In this document: positions 1-8,345 of the stretch, in pieces
Layout of the letters: each line of letters begins with the position of its first letter
How positions within the stretch are numbered: position 1 is the stretch's first letter
Source of the DNA: an uncultured Thermodesulfobacteriota bacterium
Lineage (GTDB): Bacteria > Desulfobacterota > DSWW01
Direction of reading: 5' to 3'
DNA: 64,000 bases
Assembly: GCA_964479535.1 (NCBI GenBank)
Contig: CAYZMM010000001.1
Coordinates: forward strand, 327,902 to 391,901
Translations under genes and position numbers: made by a program
Notes under the pieces: generated by a model
Databases searched by the model: none
What the model was told of the DNA's origin: nothing
Seen by the model: the letters and a program-made list of their open reading frames with translations, nothing else

Positions 1-1106
1 TGTGCCGACTGGGGCAGAAAGTACACCGCGTTCCCGTGCGGAAGGGCGAGGACGGGCACCGGATTACATCGAGGATGATCGAAGAGATCGTCTCCTTTCG
101 ACCCGACTTCTTTCTCACCATCAATCATCTCGGCTTCGACGAGGAGGGAATCCTCGCCTCCTTCTTCCAGTCCATCGAAATGCCGGTGGGCTCCTGGTTC
201 GTGGACAGTCCGAACCTGATCGTGAAGGCCTTCCGCGAAAACGTATCGCCTTACGTCACGCTCTTCCTCTGGGACAAGGGATACGTATCCGACATGGAGG
301 CCCTCGGGTTCGAATCGGTCTGCTACCTTCCGCTGGCCACGGACGAGACCCTGTTCAAGCCTTTGGGTCGAAACGGGAAGAAGGGGCGGGTCCGTCCCTG
401 CGAGGTGGGCTTCGTGGGAAACTCCATGGTGGAGCCGACAGCGAAGTGGATGGCCCGGTTGCCTCTCTCCCTGCACCCTCTGGTGGAGGCTCTTGCGGAG
501 GAATGCCTCCGGCGCCGGACCTCTTTCGACGATCTCGTAAAGACCCGGAGGGAAGAGGACCGGCTTCGCATCGATGCTCTCGAGCCCGCCGGCAGGGCGG
601 ACCTCGAGGCGGCGGTACTCTGGAAGACCACGCAGCGCTATCGACTGCAGTGCGTCAGGACGCTCACACCCTTCGACCTGAAGGTCCACGGGGACAAGGG
701 ATGGAAAACCCTGTTGGATCGGCCCGCCGCGCTGTCTCCACCGATCGACTACTACAGGGAACTTCCCGGGTTCTACAATCAGTGCGCGATCAGCTTCAAC
801 GCAACGAATCTTCAGATGGGTGCGGCCGTCAATCAGCGGGTCTTCGACGTGCCCGCTTGCGGGGCCTTCCTCCTGACCGACCATCAGGAGGCGTTGTGTG
901 AGGCCTTCGAACCGGGGCGAGAAGTGGTGGTCTTCCAGGACGTGTCCGAGATACCGGACCTCATCCGACACTATCTGAAGCATCCGGCGGAGCGAAAGGC
1001 GATCGGTGAGAGAGGGAGGCAGCGGGTGCTGCAGGAGCACACCTACAGACACCGGTTGGAACAGATCATCGCACGAATGCGTTCCCGCTATCGTTCCGGC
1101 CCTTGA
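1..1106 (+). CDS. CgeB-like glycosyltransferase (DUF3880/Glyco_trans_1_2-like C-terminal domain), 5' truncated by window edge
   Basis: ORF 36..1106 is open upstream to the window start. C-terminal motifs FNATNLQMG...VFDVPACGAFLLTDHQE...GREVVVFQDVSEIPDLIRHYLKHPAERKAIGERGRQRVLQEHTYRHRLEQII, paralogous to the C-terminus of the 4858..6624 protein. Confidence 0.65.
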   Translation, partial: CRLGQKVHRVPVRKGEDGHRITSRMIEEIVSFRPDFFLTINHLGFDEEGILASFFQSIEMPVGSWFVDSPNLIVKAFRENVSPYVTLFLWDKGYVSDMEALGFESVCYLPLATDETLFKPLGRNGKKGRVRPCEVGFVGNSMVEPTAKWMARLPLSLHPLVEALAEECLRRRTSFDDLVKTRREEDRLRIDALEPAGRADLEAAVLWKTTQRYRLQCVRTLTPFDLKVHGDKGWKTLLDRPAALSPPIDYYRELPGFYNQCAISFNATNLQMGAAVNQRVFDVPACGAFLLTDHQEALCEAFEPGREVVVFQDVSEIPDLIRHYLKHPAERKAIGERGRQRVLQEHTYRHRLEQIIARMRSRYRSGP

Positions 1107-1566
1107 AGGGCCCGTCCGATGCCGGCGTATCCAGACTTTCCGGCTCCTCTTCCGCCATGGGGGGAGCGTGGTCTCGCCGGGGCGTCCGGATCCTTCTCCA
1201 GGCTGCATCCAGCTGCCGGATGTGGTGTTCCTGCTTCAGGTAGTCGAGGTAGCGGTCGAGCGCCTCCTGGCTTTCCTTGTCCATGTCCCGGAAGGACAGA
1301 CCGTAGCGGACAGGACCCTGCCCCGGCCGATCCGGTCCGACCCGCTCCCAGACGATCGTGGCCCTTGCGACGGAGGCGTCCTGTCTCGCGGGCACAGGCA
1401 ATTCGAGGGACAGGATCGATCCGACGCGGCCCAGCGGTCGGGTGCTCTCCACAAGGCAGCCGGAATGCGAGATGTCCAGAATGCGGTAGGGAGACGCCCC
1501 CGGAGGACCGGAAGGCGCCAGGGGGCACGCGGGCAGCCGTTCTTGTTGTCGCTTGTCGGTGTTCAC
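1066..1566 (-). CDS. PilZ-domain protein (c-di-GMP receptor-like), single domain
   Basis: RQQER (RxxxR) followed by DISHSGCLVE (DxSxxG) motif, ~166 aa. Overlaps 3' end of the upstream plus-strand gene by ~40 nt; start uncertain. Confidence 0.55.
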   Translation of the reverse strand: MNTDKRQQERLPACPLAPSGPPGASPYRILDISHSGCLVESTRPLGRVGSILSLELPVPARQDASVARATIVWERVGPDRPGQGPVRYGLSFRDMDKESQEALDRYLDYLKQEHHIRQLDAAWRRIRTPRRDHAPPMAEEEPESLDTPASDGPFKGRNDSGNAFVR

Positions 1567-1632
1567 GTATAGCCTTTCAGGATCTCGTCGGCCCAGGCCT
1601 TCCTAATGGTTCTCTTCGTCCCCCCGAGGGGT

Positions 1633-1647
1633 TCAAATCCTGTGCCA
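1633..1647 (-). promoter_or_regulatory. sigma-54-like promoter (TGGCAC-AGGAT-TTGA on minus strand; -12 GC replaced by GA) upstream of PilZ gene
   Basis: Revcomp reads TGGCACAGGATTTGA. Shares the AGGATTTG core with the 10579..10593 promoter. -12 element imperfect. Confidence 0.3.
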
Positions 1648-1704
1648 ATGAAAAGATTTCCACCGGCTCAAGAAAACTCGAATATATTTCTATTTGTATT
1701 TTAT

Positions 1705-1721
1705 ATGCTTATGTTAAGCAT
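1705..1721. promoter_or_regulatory. perfect 7-3-7 palindrome ATGCTTA-TGT-TAAGCAT in AT-rich intergenic region, putative operator
   Basis: Read directly. Lies in the unusually AT-rich 1567..1791 spacer between two minus-strand genes. Confidence 0.3.
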
Positions 1722-1791
1722 TTAAAGTACTGCTTGACCATGAAACCGGGCTCCGGAACCCCGAGGGGAGGACCGAAATGAAGGCACTTTC

Positions 1792-2853
1792 TTATCTTGG
1801 GGACTTTTTTTCCTCTGCGAGGGCCTCCCTGGCACGGGACCGCCATTCCTCGTACACGGCCGACCGAAGCGGGCGGCTCTCCAGACCGAGCCGCGCCGTG
1901 GTCTCCACGCCCGCCCAGTCCCCTTCCTTCGCTTGTTCCCGGCACAAGACCAGGAAGGGATCCACCCCGAGCCTCTCGGCCGCCCTTCGAGCGTCCTCTT
2001 CCCGCCCGCCCCACAGCCGGACGATCTCCTCGGCCGTCTCTTTCGCAGGGGTCTCGTACGTCTCCGAGTCCTCTTCGTAGAGGCTCAGCAGATACAAGCG
2101 AAGAACCGGGCTTTCCGGATAGGCTTCCACTTGTGCTTCACATTCCCGAACGGAACGCGCCAGAGACCGAACCCGCCCCAGGTATTCCCTTCTCACCTCC
2201 TCGACCGTTCCTTCGGCCCAGCGGGGCTTCAGAAAACGGACGATCTCCGCCGCCGCCCGGTTCACGGCCTCCGGGACTTCCTCGATCGTCTCCGCCGACT
2301 GGCTGGAGGTGAAGACGGCCCCCTGTCCAGGCCCCGGTTCCGTGATCTCGATCACCAGGCTCTTCCTCCTCCCGGTCGAGACCACCCTCCCGATCGCGTG
2401 GTAGTCTGCGGGAAAGCGTGCCCGTGCCTTCTGCAGCAAGCGCTTGCGCAGCCAGAAGAAGACCTCCGCATCCCGGGTCTCCCCTCCCTCTTCCCAGAGG
2501 CCCTTCACCAGCCATGGCCGGGGCTCCAGGGAATGGGTCCACTCGTACACGGTCTTCGCAGGGATCAACTCCAGCCATCTGTACCGGGAGAGTCCCGCCT
2601 CGAGAAGAGGAGCCAGGTCCCCGTCCAGGCTCGCCCTGGAGGTGGAGGTGTAGAAGGGCAGGATGCACATCCGGATCACATGGGGAGGACGCGGATGCAC
2701 CTCCGCAGGAGCGGCCTGGCCGCGAAGAGCAGGAACGATCACGCCCAGCGTCACCAGAAAGGCCCCAAGCTTCGCGTGCCGACTGCACATGCGCTTTCTC
2801 CTGCAGGCCATGGGATTTCCTCCATCGAAAACCCCTCCGCTGTTCGAAGACAC
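1792..2853 (-). CDS. hypothetical secreted protein (N-terminal signal peptide)
   Basis: 353-aa ORF. Hydrophobic N-terminus LGAFLVTLGVIVPALRGQAAPAE. No recognisable catalytic motifs. Confidence 0.45.
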   Translation of the reverse strand: MSSNSGGVFDGGNPMACRRKRMCSRHAKLGAFLVTLGVIVPALRGQAAPAEVHPRPPHVIRMCILPFYTSTSRASLDGDLAPLLEAGLSRYRWLELIPAKTVYEWTHSLEPRPWLVKGLWEEGGETRDAEVFFWLRKRLLQKARARFPADYHAIGRVVSTGRRKSLVIEITEPGPGQGAVFTSSQSAETIEEVPEAVNRAAAEIVRFLKPRWAEGTVEEVRREYLGRVRSLARSVRECEAQVEAYPESPVLRLYLLSLYEEDSETYETPAKETAEEIVRLWGGREEDARRAAERLGVDPFLVLCREQAKEGDWAGVETTARLGLESRPLRSAVYEEWRSRAREALAEEKKSPR

Positions 2854-2880
2854 CGAAGAGGACCTGCCGCCGACGGGCCG

Positions 2881-3285
2881 TCAGGCGGCCTGCGACATGC
2901 CTTTGAGCAACCCGTCCCAGCCGCCCAGCTTCTCGGAAAACTCGTACTCCAGGATGTCGGCCAGGTGCACCCAGTCCTCGCTTTCCTGGGCACCTACGGC
3001 CATCTTCAACAGGTCGGCCATCTCCCGGGACTCCTGGTCGAGGGCCTCGATGGAGCCCTGTTGTCCCTCCTCGGTGAAGGGCCTGCATCTGCGCACGTCC
3101 TCGAGGAAGGAGACGAGTATGGCGAAGTCGTCCAGCACCTTGGAGAGCAGTTCGTTCCCTTCCTGGATCTCTCCGGACCGCAGGTGATGGGCCGACTCCA
3201 GAAGGAAGCCGGACAGGGTCGTACAGGCCTCGGCCGCCTCCTGCAAGGTCTTCAGAATGGTGTCCCGCAGTTTCACGTCATCCAT
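2881..3285 (-). CDS. hypothetical small acidic helical protein (ORF 2881..3354; likely start at internal Met MDDVKL)
   Basis: ORF in the operon between the secreted protein and the GT9 gene. The longer start would overlap the GT9 stop by 77 nt. Confidence 0.4.
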   Translation of the reverse strand: MDDVKLRDTILKTLQEAAEACTTLSGFLLESAHHLRSGEIQEGNELLSKVLDDFAILVSFLEDVRRCRPFTEEGQQGSIEALDQESREMADLLKMAVGAQESEDWVHLADILEYEFSEKLGGWDGLLKGMSQAA

Positions 3286-4879
3286 GAGATGTACCCTCCT
3301 TTCGGTTCGGACCGAATCCGAAACGGTGATGGATTTGCTCTGCAACGCCGCCATAGAGAGAGGAAGACTCCCGGAGGAAGACGAAGGGGTCGCGTACCGG
3401 CAATGCCTCTCTCCGCAGCAGGAGATAGTGTATGACGGGCGAGAGGTCTTCCGCTTCCAATGCCAGCCGCTTCATCTCCTGTTCCGTAGTCCCCAGGTTG
3501 CTGCGCAGCACCTCCACCTGGTCGGTTGCGGAGCCCTTGCCGTTCCCGGCGGCTCCGAGCCGGCGCATCAGCCCCGACGACCTTCGCAAGAGGGCTTCGA
3601 GGCGTTTCCAGCCAGGATCGTCGTTCAGCGGCGACGCCTCCGGCAACTCCTCGGGCCGGGAACGGGTTTCGAGGAGGGCGTGCCAGAACCCCTTGTACAC
3701 CGCCAGTCGTCGGTCTTCGAGGGTCGGGCTCTCCGTCGCAAAGGAGAGGCAGCCCTCCTCGTCGAAGCAGGCCCGGTAGCAGGCGACATCCGCCGGAAGG
3801 CCCGCCGGCACACCCGTCTCGCCGTTCATGAGCCCCAGGATCGCCCTGTATACGAATTCCGCACGCACCCGCTCTTTGCAGACCGGCTTCATGCAGGAGA
3901 CGTGAAAGGAGCAGGGCGCACAGGCCGTTCGGGCCTGAAACACGAGATGGCCTCTGCCGTAAGGCCCGGTCTCGCGGAAGAAGACCGGCCCGACGGAGAC
4001 CACGATAACGGGCGTCCCCACGGCAGCCGCCACGTGCTGCGTACCGGTATCGTTCGTCACCAGGACCCTGCAGTGCTCGAGGACGCCGCCGAGTTCTCCC
4101 ACGCCCGTTCTTCCGGCGAGGCTGATGGAACCCGGGATCCGGCCGCCGATCCGCTCGCAAAGGGCCGCCTCTGCCGCAACCCCGAACAACAGAACCCGCG
4201 CGTTCAGGCCGTGTTGGAGCGCCTGCCCCAGCCGCACGAACTCCCTTTCGCTCCAGCACTTCTCCTTCTGGCTCGCAGACACCTGGAACCCGACCAGGAG
4301 ATCCCGCTGCGGGTTCACGCCGGAACCCGCCAACAGGGCCTGTGCGTTTTCACGATCCTCTGAAGACAGGGACATGCGAAGCCGGCGGGGCCCACGTACG
4401 TCCATGGCGCGCAGCCATATGTCGACCAGATGGAACGGGTTCGCTCTGCGGTTGGACATCATGGCCACGAGATAGGCGGACCAAGGATCCACGGCCTGAA
4501 AGGACCCGTCGTCACCCAGCCACATCCCACGGCAGGCCTTGTGCGCGATCAGCGAGCAGAAGGAAGCGGCGGATCGGGAAGGGGTCAGGTTGAAGACGAG
4601 GTCGTACGGATCCTCCCCGTTGACGGACCGGACGAGCTCGGCAAGGCGACGATGGCCCTGGATGAGACCCTCTTTTCCCGAAAGGGTCTGAAGAAGGGAG
4701 TGGACCGGAAAGGGCACGACCGCGTCCACGTCGATCCTTTTCGCCACATTCAGGAAGGATTCGTTCAGAAGCAGGGAGATCCTGGCCTCGGGACGCGCCT
4801 CCCGCAGGGCCTGAATCAGCGGCGTCATCTGAAGGATGTCCCCCATGCGCATGAGGTTCACCAGGAGGAGATTCGGCAC
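3278..4879 (-). CDS. glycosyltransferase family 9 (ADP-heptose:LPS heptosyltransferase-like) with ~180-aa C-terminal extension
   Basis: N-terminal LLLVNLMRMGDILQMTPLIQALRE and TNDTGTQHVAAAVGTPVIVVSVGP, the GT9 signature. Confidence 0.75.
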   Translation of the reverse strand: MPNLLLVNLMRMGDILQMTPLIQALREARPEARISLLLNESFLNVAKRIDVDAVVPFPVHSLLQTLSGKEGLIQGHRRLAELVRSVNGEDPYDLVFNLTPSRSAASFCSLIAHKACRGMWLGDDGSFQAVDPWSAYLVAMMSNRRANPFHLVDIWLRAMDVRGPRRLRMSLSSEDRENAQALLAGSGVNPQRDLLVGFQVSASQKEKCWSEREFVRLGQALQHGLNARVLLFGVAAEAALCERIGGRIPGSISLAGRTGVGELGGVLEHCRVLVTNDTGTQHVAAAVGTPVIVVSVGPVFFRETGPYGRGHLVFQARTACAPCSFHVSCMKPVCKERVRAEFVYRAILGLMNGETGVPAGLPADVACYRACFDEEGCLSFATESPTLEDRRLAVYKGFWHALLETRSRPEELPEASPLNDDPGWKRLEALLRRSSGLMRRLGAAGNGKGSATDQVEVLRSNLGTTEQEMKRLALEAEDLSPVIHYLLLRREALPVRDPFVFLRESSSLYGGVAEQIHHRFGFGPNRKEGTSHG

Positions 4880-6624
4880 CCTGCTTCCTCCTTGAAGGCC
4901 ATCAGCGTGAGGAACACTCGATCCTCCCAGCAGAGCTGTTTCTTTTCACCGATCAACCGGACCACCTCCTCCAGCTCCGGAAAGGGGCCTGCGGCGAAAG
5001 GCGCAAGATACTCCCGAAGCTCAGGGGGACACGATGCAGCCTCCCCTCGGCCCCGCCCCTTCTCGCGGCTCCTCCCCTGGAACCCGTGTTCGAACAGCGT
5101 GCCGAGCAGCTCCTTCATGCGGAGCAGGTAGGTGTGCTCCGCCAGGACGCGCCTTCGCCCCCTTTCTGCAAAGGCGAGCCGCTCCTCCTCGCGGTCGAGG
5201 AAATGGTCGATCTTCTCCCTTGCGTCCTTCAGCCCCTCGAAGACCACGACCTCCCGGTCGTCGAAGACCTCCGGAAGCATGCTTCTCTTGTCCACCAGCT
5301 GAAAGGCCCCGCAGGCGGCGATTTCGAAGGCTCTGGGATTCACGAAATCGCCGTGCGGATCGATCGCCTCGTGGTGCGAGGAGGAGTGGACGTTCAGGTT
5401 GATGCGCGAGGCGTTGAAGATCTTCACGGTCTCCTCGGTGCTCACTCTTCTGCCGCCCTCCTGCACCACCTCCGCCAGGACCGCCGGCGATCCCCCCCAC
5501 TCGTTCCCCCAGACCTTCATGCGGGGCGAGGCGAGCCGCGCCAGGACGTTCCGGCGGTTCCGGTAGCCGGCGCCCACGAAGGAGACAGCGCTTCCGTACC
5601 GCTCCCTCTCCTCCTGCGACAGGAAGCAGGGCCTGTGGACCCGCGGCTGCGCCGCCAGCGGCAGGCACCTCACCAGCGGTGCGCCTGCGGCCTGAACAGC
5701 GTCCTGTGCCTCCCGTTGAATCACGAAGAAGGCGTCCGTTCTTGATGCGATTCGCTTCCAGTAGGGCATCCGCAGGAAATCCTCGACGAACCAGTAGGCC
5801 ACGGTCGTGCCGCGGTCCCGCATCCTGCTGAGGCTCTCTTCACCCACCGGGGCCTGGGCAAGTATGAGTGCCACGTCCGGAGAGAAGACCTCGGCCCGTC
5901 GCTCGACGAGCCGGGAGAGGAGCGTCTCCATGGGCCGAAGGAGGTCGTTCCCCTGATCCCAGTCCTGCAGCTCGTTGTACCCGGGGTGGAAGGCGGCCAG
6001 GTCCACGAAGGAAACGGTGTGACCCAGTTCTTCGAGGCCGTCCCGGACGAAGCAGGCGATCGGGTAGGACCCTCCGTACACCGGACCGACCACCAGCACG
6101 CGCAGGGACTCGGTCCCGTGGGCACGGTAGGAAGAAAGGGCCTCGAGGGTCTCCAGAAACCTGCCGTGGATCTGTCTCGACGGGGGATGGACGTACCAGT
6201 CTTCCCGGTCCAGCGGGATCTGCTCCGCCACCTCCGCCGGGGCGGCCTGCACGAGCAGGCGGGTCCTGTCCAGCACGTGGCCGAGGTCCCGGTCCTCCAG
6301 TACGGCCCGAAGCAACGCCGCGTCCGGCTCCACGACGACCAGGTCCTCTGCCCGCCCGACGTCGAGAAGCGACTCGAGGTGGTAGCCGTCGCCGAAGCCG
6401 ATGACCCACGGATGGAGGGACGGGTGTCCTGCGGTACACCGGGCCGCCTCCCTGCACGGGTCGAACTCCGAGTGGAGCAGCCTGCCCCGGTAACGGTGCA
6501 CAGGCAATCCCGTCCGGCCCATCCGGAGTTCCACTTCGGTGGGGCGATCGAGGCTCTCGATCAGGCGGGCCGCCTCAGGCTGCCGCCGCCTCAACACGGA
6601 AAGGTTCTTTTCCAGTAAGCGCAT
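4858..6624 (-). CDS. two-domain protein: N-terminal region of unknown function (possibly Maf/DUF115-like) fused to CgeB-like glycosyltransferase C-terminal domain
   Basis: C-terminus FNASRINLNVHSS...VNPRAFEIAACGAFQLVDKRSMLPEVFDDREVVVFEGLKDAREKIDHFLDREEERLAFAERGRRRVLAEHTYLLRMKELL, homologous to the 1..1106 C-terminus. 588 aa. Confidence 0.7.
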   Translation of the reverse strand: MRLLEKNLSVLRRRQPEAARLIESLDRPTEVELRMGRTGLPVHRYRGRLLHSEFDPCREAARCTAGHPSLHPWVIGFGDGYHLESLLDVGRAEDLVVVEPDAALLRAVLEDRDLGHVLDRTRLLVQAAPAEVAEQIPLDREDWYVHPPSRQIHGRFLETLEALSSYRAHGTESLRVLVVGPVYGGSYPIACFVRDGLEELGHTVSFVDLAAFHPGYNELQDWDQGNDLLRPMETLLSRLVERRAEVFSPDVALILAQAPVGEESLSRMRDRGTTVAYWFVEDFLRMPYWKRIASRTDAFFVIQREAQDAVQAAGAPLVRCLPLAAQPRVHRPCFLSQEERERYGSAVSFVGAGYRNRRNVLARLASPRMKVWGNEWGGSPAVLAEVVQEGGRRVSTEETVKIFNASRINLNVHSSSHHEAIDPHGDFVNPRAFEIAACGAFQLVDKRSMLPEVFDDREVVVFEGLKDAREKIDHFLDREEERLAFAERGRRRVLAEHTYLLRMKELLGTLFEHGFQGRSREKGRGRGEAASCPPELREYLAPFAAGPFPELEEVVRLIGEKKQLCWEDRVFLTLMAFKEEAGCRISSW

Positions 6625-7980
6625 CCCTCATCTCTCTCAGCTCTGCCCAGCCTCTCTGAAGTACGTCCTGAAGACGAAGCCGGTCCGGAACGGGCAGGGT
6701 ATCCGGAACAGCGGACCCGAGGTTCTCGCCGACCTCCATGAGCAGGGACCGGTCCACCCGGTAGTGATCCAGGAAGAGGCGCAGGGTCCCGGCAGGGGAC
6801 GGCATGCTTCCGTCGGCCTTCCCAAGGTATTCGCCGGCGCATGCCCGATAGAGAAAGCCGATGATGTCCTCCCGGCCGGCCTCCTTTCTCGTCAGGGGCC
6901 GATACCAGAGCCACTCCTCGGAGAAATCGGAAGCGAAGAGCCGGATCCCGGAACAGGGTTCCACCGGCTCGTCCTTTAAAAGACGCACAACCGTATCCGG
7001 ACGGACCGCCCTACGGCAGTCCTGCCCGTCACAGGAGTCGTCCTCCCTGCAGGGACCGCAGGAAGGCGTCGCCTGCAGCACGACGTGACCGTGGCCGTAG
7101 GGGCCCGTCTCGAACAGGTAGGCAGGGCCGAAAAAGAGGGCCAGACAGGGAACCCCCCGTCGAGCGGCCAGGTGCAGGGTGCCCGTGTCGGCGGAAAGCA
7201 GCCGGTCGCAGGCACCCAGCATCTCCAGGAGATCCTCCAGGGACGTCTTGCCCACCAGGTCGTGCAGCCGGGGCGACCCGGTCAGACGTACGATCCGTTC
7301 GGCCAGGGGCCTCTCCCGTTCCTCGCCGAACAGGATCACCTCGCAACCGACCTCATCCCGGAGTCGGCGGATCACCTCGATGAAGCTCTCCACTCCCCAT
7401 GTCCGTTTTTCACATCGGGTCGCGACCTGGATACCGAGGACGCTCCTTTCGGAAAGAGGGGCTCGCTCCTTCGCGCCGAGAAGCGCTGAAGGGATCCTGC
7501 GACGCGAGTGAAGCCGAAAGAAGTCGACCAGATGAATACGGTTCCAGCGCCTGTCCGATTGGAGCAGCCGGGAGACCAGATCCACCCAGGGGTCGCCGAA
7601 GGAGCCGTCCAGACCGTCCCGGAATCCCTGCACATGCGCCTTTCCACGAATCGTTTCCGTCACGGTGACAGGCAGCCTACCAAAGTTGAGGTTGATGATC
7701 CGCTCGAATCCCCGGGTGGAAAGAGGCCGCAGTTCCTCGGCCAAGTCCGTCCACAGGCCCGTCCAGGGTCTGCCTTCCCGGAACCCCCGCAGTGTTCTTT
7801 CCAGGTCCAGGGTATAGACCGCCTCGAGGGACGGGACACGGGCCCGGAGGAACGTCTCGAGCCTCTTGTCGACGAGGACCGAGACCCGCTGCCTCTCCGC
7901 CTCCACGAGGTCGTCGAGCAGATACAGGCTCTGGGTGAGATCACCCATCCGTGCGAGCTGGGAAACGAGTACACCGGACA
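6575..7980 (-). CDS. glycosyltransferase family 9 (heptosyltransferase-like), second paralog
   Basis: ARLSGVLVSQLARMGDLTQSLYLL and SADTGTLHLAARRGVPCLALFFGPAYLFETGPYGHGHV. ORF track extends to 8476 but the first ~165 aa are low-complexity. Likely TTG start at 7980 preceded by GGGGGAGG. Confidence 0.65.
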
Positions 7981-8079
7981 ACCTTGCACCTCCCCCTGCT
8001 CCGCGCGTTCGGAGCGGGGATCCGCCTCGAGGATTTCGGCCCGGGGCCGCGCTCTTGTCTTCACCTGGGAAGGGGAACA

Positions 8080-8094
8080 GCAAGTTCTGTACCA
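8080..8094 (-). promoter_or_regulatory. sigma-54 promoter (revcomp TGGTACAGAACTTGC) upstream of GT9 paralog 2
   Basis: GG-N10-GC spacing matches the TGGCAC-N5-TTGC consensus. Extended motif GAACAGCAA-N3-CTGTACCA shared with 10571..10593. Confidence 0.5.
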
Positions 8095-8345
8095 CCCCCT
8101 TGCGCGGCTCGATCGCGGTGGGAGGCGGGAGGTGCGACGCGCTCCGCCGCGTCCGACTGCAGGCGTACGGAAGTCGGTCCACATAAAAACTATAGAATGG
8201 TTTCAAATGCTTAGAACGAGAGGCGGTGCCTGTGGACGGTCTGGGCGCGGCGCGGTCTGCAAGGAGGCGGATGGGCAGAGGCGCGGGGAAAACCGTCAAG
8301 GAATTGGGGGCGCACGCCAAGGAACGTGTGGAACCGGACAGACCG

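Noticed and set aside
2-901. 299-aa plus-strand ORF overlapping the CgeB-like gene in another frame (and many similar Arg/Pro/Gly-rich ORFs, e.g. 2138-3088, 5021-5668, 5840-6457, 18075-19601, 37371-38570, 48862-49929, 52183-53880 minus)
   Set aside because: Typical spurious alternative-frame ORFs of high-GC DNA: low-complexity R/P/G/A composition, no motifs, and each fully overlaps a well-supported gene.
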